Below are positions 1 through 12,106 of a stretch of 64,000 bases of DNA, one piece after another (within the stretch, counting starts at the first letter, position 1; every line of letters begins with the position of its first letter). This stretch comes from Alloascoidea hylecoeti (lineage: Eukaryota). The translations under genes were made by a program, and so were the position numbers. The stretch is taken from positions 1-64,000 of the forward strand of contig BCKZ01000015.1 in the NCBI GenBank assembly GCA_001600815.1. The letters are read 5' to 3'. The notes below the pieces were generated by a model. The model did no database searches. It saw nothing but the letters and a program-made list of their open reading frames with translations, and had not been told where the DNA came from.

Positions 1-911
1 TTTGGAATAGTAATTTTTTCTAAACCATCACAATGCTCGCTGTCTGGTCTACAGACAGCAACATCACCAGGAGTGAGAGGTAACCCTTTCTTAGTAATGA
101 ATACCTTTAAGCCTTGAGCAACATAACCAGCAGCATCGGGTAAGGCTGTAAGTAAATCGAAATCCTTTGAGTTTCTAATAAATCCAGTGATGAAACCTCT
201 ACTGAATTGTTCAAATGATTTAGGGACCTCAAAAGCATTATGGATAACATCTGTTAACACTTGGTCACCAAATTGAGGAGATCCAAAAGTGATAACACTA
301 GCATTAATACCAAGAAGCTTCAACTCCAATCCAACCAATCCTGCAACAGAACCTGCGAAAGAATGTGCCATAACAACAACAGCCGGTTCAGATTTATCAA
401 GGATTTTTTCTCCAATTACTTCTAATTGATCCCATACATTTCTAGAAGAAGTTACAGCAAGTGAGTGGGCAAGGGGAGTACCATAATCTCTTTTAACCAA
501 GGCACTTTTGCCGGTTTCTGATAAACCACTATAAGGTACCAAGGCACTGGCATTTGGATTCAAATAAACAATTGGTTCAATATCACTAATCAAAGATAAA
601 ATTGTCTCATTTGTTGCTGGATTTTTATAAACGACACCGGAAATATTCATTGGAGAGATATTACTAAAAGTATGTTGGATCACCAATGTATCGACAATTG
701 ACTTCTGATTTAGGAGACTATCCGGAACAGTATAACTAGCTGGATCATTGGCAGCATGCGCATAACATCTACTTTGGATCTCTGCATAACCTTGCAAAGC
801 AGAAAATGCATCAGTTCCCTGTTGAGAGAGTAAGAATGATTCTTCAACTGCAAAAGCAGTAGAAGAAACCAATAAAGAAGATAGAATAAGCTTAAGTGAT
901 ACACCTTTCAT
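1..911 (-). CDS. Secreted class-3 (fungal triacylglycerol) lipase-like protein, 3'-partial (runs off the window)
   Basis: Manual translation from ATG at 911: signal peptide MKGVSLKLILSSLLVSSTAFA, then VVVMAHSFAGSVAGLVG (nucleophile elbow), VITFGSPQFGD (cf. TFGxPRVG) and DLLTALP (catalytic Asp motif). The frame is open to position 1. It is absent from the ORF track because there is no stop in the window. Confidence 0.75.
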   Translation of the reverse strand, partial: MKGVSLKLILSSLLVSSTAFAVEESFLLSQQGTDAFSALQGYAEIQSRCYAHAANDPASYTVPDSLLNQKSIVDTLVIQHTFSNISPMNISGVVYKNPATNETILSLISDIEPIVYLNPNASALVPYSGLSETGKSALVKRDYGTPLAHSLAVTSSRNVWDQLEVIGEKILDKSEPAVVVMAHSFAGSVAGLVGLELKLLGINASVITFGSPQFGDQVLTDVIHNAFEVPKSFEQFSRGFITGFIRNSKDFDLLTALPDAAGYVAQGLKVFITKKGLPLTPGDVAVCRPDSEHCDGLEKITIP

Positions 912-1604
912 TTTAGCGATTGAATTAGAGACTGAGAACTGATTTGAAAAAGTTATATCCAGGAAAAATGTGCTATTTTATAGATCAAGAGACCTAGTGG
1001 AACTTCTATATATCTTCGAAATTTTAATTCCGTGCTGTAGGTACGGAGTATCGCTTTGTCGACAATTTTCGAATCTTAAGAGTGGATATTGATAAGACTG
1101 AAAAGTTAAGAACTGATTGCACCATATTAAAAGGAATAAGATTTCGGAACACATGTACGGGGAAAAAAAAAAAATTAATCGAGTTAGCTAGAGTACTCGT
1201 AGTTTATTTTCTGAATCATTGCAATCTTACATGTTTTTTTTTTTTTTTTTTTGTTGTATATCACTTTATTAGGTGTAGTTAAGCTTTTTATACGAAGGTG
1301 GATTTGGCTTACGACGAAAATCAAAAAGGAAGATATAAATGTATATTTTAAAAAATTTCAAAAATTCGATATTAGATTAAAACAATATAAATCTATATAG
1401 GTATATTTATAGTCAAGTGGAGAATAATTACACTTGTATGTGCTTTTACCTGACGTGAGACATGAGGTGTTAACTGACAGAGTCTCACTTTATGTGATAA
1501 CAGTGCACGTGGTAAATTCTTGGATATTTTCACCACTTTCAATATTCCAAGTTCCTACAGCTACAAACGAATTCGCGAATACTCTCCAGTATGTAGGATA
1601 CCGT

Positions 1605-2440
1605 TATATAGAATACCGTTATGAATGAAAATACCAGCAATGAAACCTTCTACTTTTATATAATGTTGTAAAGTATGCTGTAGTAGATGTTCTGAATTAT
1701 CAATACTTGATTTCCATACTCCAATATAACCACAAACAGAAAATACGATATAATCATCGTATAAAACGACACCATGTATAAGAAGCATTCTATCTTCTTC
1801 TATTGGTGGTACCAGATATTAGTTTAAGATACGGTAATTTCCAAATTAAACAAGAACCATCAAATGAATCAGAAGCCAAATATTTATAATTAATATCCAT
1901 GCATATAACATTATCCAAATGAAATTTGATATTAATATCTTTATTTAATTCCAATATTTTCATTACTGATAGTTTTGTTTTTAAATTCTTAATATTTGGT
2001 ACACCTAATTGTTTTAAAATCTCAACATCTGGTTTACCTAATACTTTTAAACATTGAAAAGTTTTATTGTCTCAAATTTTTTTTTATTGTATAGTCTGCT
2101 GAACCAGTTATAACCCAATCTTTAAAAAATATGTTATTTCAGAATAACATTCGAATTTGTGCTGCGTAAAATTATCATTTTTCCAATTCAAATCTAAAAG
2201 ATAACGTTCTTTATATAATTCATACCACGAATAGGTTTCTGAATCATCATTAAAGTATTTCCAAGATTTTTGATGTTGAAACTTTGGTTTCCAGATATCA
2301 TCATATTTAACTATTTGTTTCCATGATTTAGTTACTCTTCTACAAATGAGTAAAGTTGTTTATTGACAAATCCGAGAAGGTTATTTCAGATATTTCATCA
2401 GGGAGAGAAGAAACTAAACCGATTGTCTTCTCAAGATTTT
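1605..2440 (-). pseudogene. Decayed F-box/WD40 paralogue of 14409..15707
   Basis: Collinear similarity to the intact copy (LPDEISEI, SWKQIV, WYELYKERYLL, LYDDYIVFSVCGYIGVWKSS), but the ATG is lost, there are frameshifts (e.g. near 2070-2090 and 2360) and the 3' third is missing. Confidence 0.85.
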
Positions 2441-3128
2441 TGTAAATTGTTTAAATATGGTTGCTATTTTATGAGTTGTAGAACAAAAACAAACAATTAC
2501 CCGCACTGCTAATTATGTATATTTAAAAGCTGATTGAAATGATATATAGCATTAACTATTTTTATTTCATACCCCTTCACTATCTATAATTAAGCACTCT
2601 AACCAAGGTATATGCTGATTCAAGAGTTGTATTTATATAAATCCCTAATACATTAGAATCGCTTTAGTTCTTATTTCCAATTTAATCAATTCATTACCAC
2701 ATACAATAGTTTTACATCTGTGCATATCCAATATAGAGTAACTATGCATATGCACATAGCCATATTTGGACGTTACCCGTCCACGGATATTGTTCGGTAG
2801 ACGCAAAATTACATAATACAAAAACTACCCTGTGTGTGTGAATAGCGATATCATCTGAAGATTTACCTTTCATCATCCTAATTTTATCTTTCATGATGGT
2901 TAATTAATTGAAACTTAAGTTTAGATATCTTGGAAATTCCAATTTTAACTTCTATTCCAATTTAAGGTGTCGTTCGACTTTCGACTTTTTGATATAACTG
3001 GTTTTAGAGGCCTAGGGCAAAAAAATTTACTTTAATATTTTACAAGTATAACAAATTTTTTTATTATTATTATTTTATATTCCTAAAGTCATTACATTAA
3101 TTATTAGTTATTATATACCATATATATA

Positions 3129-3135
3129 TCATTTC

Positions 3136-3187
<52 letters not shown>

Positions 3188-6100
3188 ATTCTTCAAAATC
3201 ATCATCAAATTCACTATTAAATTCCAAACCATCATCAAATCCTCCTTTTGTTTTAATAACTGGTGCTAATTGTAAAAAATCTTCAAATAAAGAATCAAAA
3301 TCATCTTGACTTGTCATTGTTGTCATTGTTGTTGTTGGTTTAGTTGATAATTCAGAATTTGAATTTGAATTTAAAATCAAAGGTTTATTAAAATCAGAAA
3401 ATGCTGATTCAAATTCTTCATTTGTTGTTTTATTTTTTATTATATTTTGTGGTGTATTGCTTTTTAATTGTGTTGAAAATGATGGTTTTAAAGATGATCC
3501 TTCTTTTGCTATATCATAAATTGAACTATCATCACTACTACTATCATCATCATCTATTTCTAATTCTCGTATAGGTGGGAATTCTTCATTAATATTTTTT
3601 GTAAGTTGATTTTGATTTTGATTATTGTCTGATGTTGTTGGGGTACGTAAATTTGAATTTATCCAACTATTTGACATTGATAAATCTGAAATATCAGGAA
3701 ATCTTGAATTTAAATCAATATCTGAATCATTATTAACAACTTTTTCTTTTTCTAATAATGTCTTTTTTGGAGTTTCATTTTTAACAATTTCAGATATTGT
3801 TTCTGTTGAAACACTCATATTTGGTTGATCTTGAATTGTATAAATACTAATTTGTTCATTAATATTTTCTAATTGTTGTTGTACATTTTGAGAATTTGAA
3901 TAACTATCATGAGTTGCTAAACTTTCAGAACGTAATTGAGTACCAGGATGAGCAGATAAATAATGTTCTTCACTTTCTTCAACTGTTGAAGAATGATCAG
4001 AATGTGATAAATCATTTAATGATCTTTGTTTTTCATCAATTATTGGATTATCTAATGGTGATGTTGGTCTTGAAATATCAATATCTCCTCGTATTGAATT
4101 CGGTGGATTATTTTGAACAGATGATGTTGATGATCGAGGTCTTTCAATTGGTAAATTAAAATCATTTAAAACATTTGGAAGATCTTGAATATCTGATGAT
4201 GGTGGGGATGTATTTGGAGTTTCTGTTCTAACATGGGTTGAATTTGTTGGATCTGTAACTGATGGTGAATCTTGATTTGTTGAATTATCATTATTATAAA
4301 AATTTGAATTTGAATTTTGAGTTGTTCCTGAAAATAATGTAAAAAAAGGATTTGTTTGTACTGATTGTAATTGAGGGCTAATAATTGAATTATTTGATGA
4401 TTCATTAATATTTATATTTCCTGGAGTTATTGTTAATCTTCTACCAGAATTTTGTGATTCAAGTAATTTATTTTGTTCATCTAAATCTCTTTCTAAATTG
4501 GATAATTTTTCATTGTTTTTATTAAAATCATTCTTTAATTTTAAATTATCATCTTCAAACATATTTAATTGTCTTTTATTAATATCAACCAATGCTTTTT
4601 GTTGTTCAACTTCTTTTTTTAAATGATTTAATTTTAATCTTAATGATGAATTTTCTTGATTACAAACTTTTATTTTTTCTTTTAAATTATCATTTTTATT
4701 TTGATTAATTTCTAATGTATTAGTTATATTTTGATATTCTTGTCTTGTTGAATTTAATTGTGATTCAATTAATGATGATTCTTCAATAATTAAAGTTGTT
4801 TCTTGTTTTGATTTAATTAATAATTCTTCAACTTTTTTAACTTTAAGTACTTCTGATTCATAAACTTTTCGTAATACTCCAAGTTTTTCTTCAACAGATT
4901 TCTTTAATGCTAAAATTTTTGTTAATTCTGCTTCAGCTTTTGATCTTTTTTCATGTAAGGCAGTTGTTTGGGTTGTTAATGATCCAATTTGATTAGAAAG
5001 ATTGGCCATATCTGTAGTTGCAATAGATAATCTACCAGATATATCCGCGTCTGTTTCTGCAAGTAGGTCATTATTAGTTTGTCTTGGAGATCTGAGAGGA
5101 GTTGGGGCACTTCTTGGGGAGATCTGATGAGCAAGGGATGAGGATGGTCTACGTCCGGATGAGCCAGTTGATGTTGGTTGTAAAGGTGGGGTAGCTGTAG
5201 AAAGTCTTCTTGTATCATAAGTTGAACGTCTATTCCCAGAGTTTTGTTGTTGTAACATTCGACCTCCTGAATGTTGAGCTTGTAACTTTTGGTCAGAGTT
5301 TTGTTTTTGTAGCAAAATACCTCCTGAATGTTGGGCTTGTAATCTTTGACCAGTACCTTGCTTTTGAAGAATACCTCCTGAATTCTGAGTTTGTAACCTT
5401 TGACCAGTACTTTGCCTTTGAAGTAATATACCTCCTGAATTCTGAGCTTGTAATCTTTGGCCAGTACCTTGCTTTTGAAGCATATTACCCCCTGAATGTT
5501 GAGGTTGAAGAATTCTTCCACCTGTCCCTTGAGACTTCAATATTCCACCCGATATTTGTGGTTGAAGTGATTTTTGACCGGATGTTGGTTGTTCAGAAAA
5601 TAAATCATTAAGAGATGCTAAATCTTGCATTGAGGTTGAATTCTGTAAATTTGAACCATTAATAGAGCTAATAGGTGATAATAAACCACCAGAAATTTCA
5701 TCTTTTTGTATATCTTGATCTAATAAAGATTTTGGTAAAACTTTAGGTAATTCATTTCCAGCAAGTTTATATTTAATTAAAAACATTGCAATTGAAAATT
5801 CTTTTTTTGTGAAAAACCCACTTGAATTTAAATCTGAAAGATCCCATATATTTGCTAAAATATCTTGTGATAATTTAGAAGTTGATAAAAATGGTGCAAC
5901 TTGATCAGGACCTAATGTTCCGATATTTGATTTATCAAGAGAGTTAAAAAGTGAATCATATTTTAATTTTTCTTGTGGGGAGATTACTAATGGAGGTTTT
6001 TGATTATTATCACTTATTTGTTGTTTAATTGGAGTTAAAGTTGAAGATGGTGAAATTGGAATTTGTGAATTTGAGATTTGGTCTACTGGAGTTGCAGTTG

Positions 6101-7059
6101 AAGTTGAAGTTGAAGTTGAAGTTGAAGTTGAAGTTGAAGTTGAGGAATTTAAAGTTATACCAATTGATTTATAAAAAGAAGATGGTAAAGAATCAGGAAT
6201 TTTTTTTAATGATTTATTTAAAATACATTGTATTAAATGCATTGCAATAATAAATTCAGATTGATTTAATTCACCATTATTATTTATATCTGATAAATTC
6301 CAAATTTGACCAAGTATTAAAGTTGATAATTTTGCCTTCATAAATATACTTCTTGCATGATTTCCTTTTAAAACACCAGTTTTTGTTGTTTTTTGAAACA
6401 TACGAGAGAATTTAATTCTATCGGCATCAGTTATTGGTGGGATCATGGAATTAGAGGTAGATGTGGTTGAGGCAACACTTGATGTTCTAGGTTTTGGTGG
6501 TGGGGGAATTCCTGCAAACCTAGGTAATGGACCAGCTAAAAACATGGGTTAGAAAATGAATCAATAACACAAAATATATAATGATAATGATAAACTTACG
6601 AGAATCAGCAAGATGAGAAGATAATTTAATTCCATTTTGAACATAACCAATTAATCTCATTGAAATACAAAAACCAGTTTGAGTTAAATGACCTAAGTTA
6701 TTTGGATCAGAAATTTGCCAAATTTCACCTAAAATTAAAGGAGATAAACCCGATTTTTCTAAAATTATTCTTGCCGTTTCACCATTTATTAAACCTGTTT
6801 TTTTAGTATCTAAAGATTTAAATAATGATCCATAATATCTTTTTTCATCTGAGGTTAGTCCTTTTCGTTGTGCGGTTGATCCTCCGGTAACTATCAAATA
6901 TAAGTTAGAAATGAAATAAATGAAATAAATTAAATAAATAAAATAAATAAAATAAATTAAATAAATGAAATAAATGAAATAAATAAAATAAATGAAATGT
7001 TATGTTGAAATATTCATACTTTGAGGAGAAAAAGATTCTCTTGACCTACTGAAACTCAT
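3129..7059 (-). CDS. EDE1: EH-domain endocytic scaffold Ede1/Eps15-like; exons 7059-7020, 6890-6600, 6535-3129
   Basis: Three EH domains (LGEIWQISD, LGQIWNLSD, LANIWDLSD), a coiled coil, NPFF and SSVQNNPP motifs. Introns GTATGA...CTAAC...TAG (7019-6891) and GTAAGT...CTAAC...TAG (6599-6536) join the exons in frame. Confidence 0.9.
3137..3187. repeat. (AAT)n microsatellite encoding the C-terminal poly-Asn of Ede1
   Basis: Direct (TTA)n run on the + strand. Confidence 0.95.
5230..5560 (-). repeat. Coding minisatellite (~57-60 bp unit) giving LQxQx(S/T)G repeats in Ede1
   Basis: Recurring cctcctgaat and ccagtacct units; protein LQAQNSGGILLQRQSTGQRLQTQNSGGILQKQGTGQRLQAQHSGG. Confidence 0.9.
6905..7000. 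repeat. Low-complexity (AAAT/GAAAT)n tract filling EDE1 intron 1
   Basis: Direct reading: aaatgaaataaatgaaataaattaaataaataaaat... Confidence 0.85.
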
Positions 7060-7473
7060 TAATTAATATTTATTTCTGAGTATCCGAATAAAAAGATAAT
7101 AAACAAAAAGATAAAAGGAGGAGAGCGTGTGTCTGGATGTTATTTGTTTATTTCACGGAGCACGTGATGTGATCTATTAAGTCCATTATCAGTTTAGTTG
7201 AGCCGGATTTGATAGGTATTCTTACTCTTATTATAGTACACAGTTGTAGGTTCATGGGTAAATAAGGTGTAAGTTATAAGGAACTTTCAATTGTGGGGTA
7301 TATCCCGAGGAATGCAGAAGGCTGATATTGCTGTTGTTTTGGGGTGATTTATTTATAGGTTAGGGCGTACAACACACCACATCATTATTTACAATTAATA
7401 AATTTCATCAATATTTACTTCTTCATATTTATTTCATTCATTCATATCAATTTTCTAACACTAAACAGGAAAG

Positions 7474-8727
7474 ATGAGCTCTTATTACACAAATCGACAT
7501 TATGATGATGATGAGGAGGATAGACGGGATCGAAGGGGTAGAAAAGTCCAATATAGTGGAACATATGATGGAGATGTGGATGATGCGGATCCATGGGGTA
7601 CGAATTACTCAACAGGAGGATCAGGCGGAGGATCGGGTGGAGGACACAAGAAGAAGCATTGGTTTGGTACTAGGAATAAGGCTGAGGGGCCTAGATATGA
7701 ACAAGAACAATACCAACGGGAGTTATTGGAAAGACATAAGAGGGAGCTTTTGGGAGATGGATATTACGGAGAAGATAGAAGAGGTGGCAGAAGAGGCAGA
7801 GATGAGACGGACAGGAGAGATGAAAGAAGAGACAGAGACAGAGCAAGAGCCAGAAGGGATTTGAGAAGAGATGGGGGGAGAGAAGTGCCCAAACTGACCC
7901 ACCGAGTGCCCATGGACGATGAAATTAAGAGATTCCACAAGGTTGTTGCGAGGGAGTTTATTCCGATGGGGTACACGGATCGATATGCAGTATACGAGGC
8001 TTTGGTGATGGCGGATGGAGACCAGGACTACGCCATCGAGATACTGGAGAATGACGGGAGGCATAAATACGGGACTTTTGAATCTAAACGGTCTGCAGGC
8101 GAGCCAGCTACACACGAAGGGGCAAGCAGGCCAAGCAGGCCTAGCAGGCCAAGCGGACCTGAGACGGCATTTGAGGTCGTCGAGTCCAGCTCGGAGTGGT
8201 GGTCCAACGGAGCCAATGGAGCCAATGGCAACAGTACCAGGGGGCCGGCTGAAACTGCACCAGCTGAAACCAACCGTCTGCTTGGTGCTGCGACGTCATC
8301 GCTGTTCGGCCAGCCACCAGCAGTCCAACAAGCGCAGCAGATGCCGTATCCTCCCCAACCCCAGCTCCAGTTTCAACCGCAACGGCCGCTACAGCCACCA
8401 GCATACTACTCAGTGCCAGTGCAGCCAGTGCAGCCAGTGCAGCCAGTGCAGCCACAGGTGCCACCGTCACGGCTGGCTTCGCTGGTCCAGCAGGTCCAGC
8501 AGCAGGTCCAGCAGCAGCAGGTCCAGCAGCCCTTGCAGTACCAGCAGCCCTTGCAATACCAGCAGCCCTTGCAATACCCCCAGGCCCAGCCCCAGGCCCA
8601 GCCCCAGGCCCAGCCCCAGGCCCAGCCCCAGGCCCAACCGCAGTACCAGATGTACCCTCAGTACCAGCAAGGTGCTCCCGTGGGTGGAATGGCTGGTCAC
8701 ATGACCTACGCGTATGCCCCCCGGTAA
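7474..8727 (+). CDS. Orphan protein with Arg/Asp-rich N-terminus, UBA-like domain and Gln/Pro-rich C-terminus
   Basis: 417-aa ORF. EFIPMGYTDRYAVYEALVMADGDQDYAIEILE matches the UBA pattern (MGF/Y loop, AL..xGD..A..L). C-terminal repeats VQP, QQPLQY and QPQA. Confidence 0.75.
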   Translation: MSSYYTNRHYDDDEEDRRDRRGRKVQYSGTYDGDVDDADPWGTNYSTGGSGGGSGGGHKKKHWFGTRNKAEGPRYEQEQYQRELLERHKRELLGDGYYGEDRRGGRRGRDETDRRDERRDRDRARARRDLRRDGGREVPKLTHRVPMDDEIKRFHKVVAREFIPMGYTDRYAVYEALVMADGDQDYAIEILENDGRHKYGTFESKRSAGEPATHEGASRPSRPSRPSGPETAFEVVESSSEWWSNGANGANGNSTRGPAETAPAETNRLLGAATSSLFGQPPAVQQAQQMPYPPQPQLQFQPQRPLQPPAYYSVPVQPVQPVQPVQPQVPPSRLASLVQQVQQQVQQQQVQQPLQYQQPLQYQQPLQYPQAQPQAQPQAQPQAQPQAQPQYQMYPQYQQGAPVGGMAGHMTYAYAPR

Positions 8728-8963
8728 TAATTTAGATAATATCTTAGATGATAATATTTTGTAAATTTCCCCAGAAAGGCAGTTTTAAGTAATTAATAAT
8801 AAAATAGCAAATAAAATAGCAAACACCCGTACATCTCCTATATATTTTATTTGTATGAGTCTAATTGTTTTATAATATTTAAATGTAAGACTTTCCTTCT
8901 TTTCTTTTCTTCTTTTCTTCTCGTTTTTTATCTTTGTCCTGCTTGTTCTCTTTATTTGCTCAA

Positions 8964-11130
8964 ATGTCCAGGAATAAAGGCACGCTTATCGCAAACACCT
9001 ACGCCATCGATGCGGAAATAGGCCATGGAAGTTTCGCAACTGTTTACAAAGGTTCCAATATTGTAAGTATTCTATTATCTATTTAAATACATTCTATTTC
9101 TATTACTCATGAAGCTACTAACATCTACATTCATATTAGATGACTCACTCCCTTGTGGCAATAAAATCTGTTAATAAGTCAAAATTAAATGATAAATTAT
9201 TACTTAATTTGGATTCTGAAATATCCATATTAAAAAAATTGAAACATATCAATATTGTTGCTTTATTAGATTCTATTCAAACTAAATCAAATTTCTACCT
9301 AATTATGGAATACTGTTCATTTGGTGATTTATCAAACCTAATAAGAAATCGAAAAATATCTATTAATCCAAATTCGAAACCAAATCCAAACTCAAACTCA
9401 AACAACACAAACAATATTGAAAACTTTAATTTAATGATTAAATTATTTAAAAATTATCCATCAAATTTAAAAATTCAATCAAATGGTTCAATTATTGGAG
9501 GATTAAATGAAAATTTAGTTTTAATTTTTTTAAATCAATTATCTTCTGCTTTAAAATTTTTAAGATCATCAAATTTAATTCATAGAGATATAAAACCTCA
9601 AAATTTATTATTATGTTATAATAATGCTGAAAATGATGAAATTCCATGTTTAAAATTGGCAGATTTTGGTTTTGCAAGATGGTTACCAAATGCAATGATG
9701 GCTGACACATTATGTGGTTCTCCGTAAGTACTTGTCATATTCTTATTTTATAAATTTAAATGTTATATGCTTTTGGATAAGTCTAGATGCGATAAGAACA
9801 AGTTTTTTTTTTGGTTATGATAAGACTTGTCTGAGTCATGTAATGTTGTTATGTACTGGGATAATGTCTCATTATAATACTCACATGATTAATATTTTNN
9901 TNNCTTACTTTTTTTTTTTTTTTTTAGTTTATATATGGCTCCTGAAATCTTAGGTTATAAAAAATATAATTCAAAAGTTGATTTATGGTCAATTGGTATA
10001 GTATTATATGAAATGTTAATTGGTTATACACCATTTAGAGCAAATAATCATATTGAATTATTAAAAAATATTGAAAATTCAAAAGATTTTATAAAATTTC
10101 CAACAATTGTTAATATTAATTATAAATTTAAAAAATTAATTAATAATTTATTAAAAAAAAATCCTGATGAAAGAATTAATTTTAATGAATTTTTTAATGA
10201 TCCATTAATCATTCAAAATGATGATTTTAATAATAATTATAAAGAATCTGAAGATTTATCAATATATGACTCAAATTTAGTAAATGAACAATCAATCAAT
10301 AATGATAATGATAATCAAAATGAAAATTTACTCGAAGATACTGAACATAATTTATTTATATCTAAACATAATACAAAATATGAGTCAACTCAATTGCAAC
10401 GTTATCCCAACAACAACAACAATAACATCAAATTTGAAGATGGAAATTTAAATAATTTAAATATGATTAAAAGACGTTCATTAGATAGTATACCAGAAAC
10501 AGAAACTGATATTACTAATAATGATGTTCATAATAATAAGAATAATAATAATGGTAATGGTAATGGTATTGGTATTGGTATTGGTAAAAAATCAATCGTT
10601 ATTGATAGAGAATATATCATGATTGAAAAGAAAAGTTCGAATCTACTTCAAATGTCACCACATTTAACAGATTCTTTAAATTATTTTAACTCAAATCAGC
10701 AAAATATAAATAAAAATATGAAACAATTACCAATAAAAAATACAAGAAAATCATTATCTTTTTCTTCATTACCTATTGGAATTAATAGATCTCCATCATC
10801 TCCATCTCCAATAATACATCGAAGAACAACAAGTTTTGAAAAAATTAATATTCAAAATTCAATTGGCGTTTCATCTTCAACTAATGTACTTACAAAAGCA
10901 TTGGATAAAGCATCTGTTAGATTATGTAAAGGATCTAACAATTCAAATTCCAATACTAACTTAGTTCCAATGGTGAATGCAAGATCAAGGTCTAATAGTA
11001 GAGGATCAATAACTTCATTAAATTCAATTAGTGGTGGAGATTTTGAAGATATTATTAAAGCTTTAGAAGATTTAGCAACTAAAAGTAATTCAATAATATC
11101 ATTTGCAGAAATTAAATTTAAACAATTAAT

Positions 11131-11163
<33 letters not shown>

Positions 11164-12106
11164 TCAAACTTCATCTCAATCTCAATCATCTTCATCATTA
11201 TCATCAAATTTAACTCCAGATATGATTAAAATAATATCTCAAGAATCATTGTCATTATATTTAAAATCATTATCATTATTAGCAAAATCAATGAGTATTG
11301 CAAGTAATTGGTGGAGATTAAGTCAATCTCAAATAATTGGTAGTTCAAATAGATTAAATGATGTTATTCAATGGATTAAATTAAAATTTAATGAATGTTT
11401 AGAAAAAGCTGAATATTCAAGAATGAGGTTTGATAGTGTTAAAAAAGAACAATTAAAATCTATGAATGAAAATGGAAATGAAAATAGAAATGATAATAAT
11501 AATGATGATAATGATAATTCTATAGTAATAGCTGAAAAATTAATATTTGATAGAGCACTTGAAATGTCCCGTACAGCAGCAGTTAATGAATTATCAATAA
11601 CAACATCATCAAAAAATAAACCCATCAATCCAAATCCAAACTCAAACAATACAAAAAATAATTATATTACAAATATTGATATTTTAAAAAATTGTGAATT
11701 ATCATATCAAACATCAATATGGATGTTAAAAGCAATTCAAGAAACAATAATTGATGATTCTTCTTATTGTTTAGATGATGATGATAATTTAATAATTAAT
11801 AATTTTATAAAATCAATTAATGAAAGATTAATTGTATTAAAAAAAAAAATTAATATTGAAATTAATAATAATAATGTTTTTAATAATATTTATAATAAAA
11901 ATAAAAGATTATTACAAAAGAATAACTATAAAAATCAAAAACAAAATAAAAGTAGTGGGAAAAATAATAATGCTGTCAATAGTATTAATACTGCTACTAC
12001 TAATAATGGTAATAATAATGGGTCGGGATCTGGCTCAGGTTCTGCATCAGGGTCAAATTCTGGTTCAGGATTAGGAGCAAGTTTATCTAATACATTTTTG
12101 AGTTAG
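8964..12106 (+). CDS. ATG1: Autophagy Ser/Thr kinase Atg1; exons 8964-9062, 9140-9723, 9928-12106
   Basis: EIGHGSFATVYKG, VAIKSV, HRDIKPQNLLL, LKLADFGFAR, ADTLCGSP|LYMAPE and the Atg1 C-terminal motif AEKLIFDRALEMSRTAAVNEL. GTAAGT...TAG introns restore the frame. Confidence 0.95.

Noticed and set aside
4976..5611. 181-aa and 133-aa ORFs overlapping EDE1
   Set aside because: Shadow frames of the coding minisatellite.
7160..7166. CACGTG E-boxes upstream of several genes (also ~1506, ~20246, ~32754)
   Set aside because: A 6-mer at this frequency cannot be assigned to Cbf1/Pho4 regulation or centromere function without more evidence; no CDEII/CDEIII arrangement was seen.
7502..8704. Several overlapping alternative-frame and antisense ORFs (e.g. 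8015..8704, 229 aa)
   Set aside because: Expected by-products of GC-rich, repetitive coding sequence; no independent motifs.
9899..9903. N bases at the expected branch site of ATG1 intron 2
   Set aside because: Assembly ambiguity beside a poly-T run; no biological inference possible.
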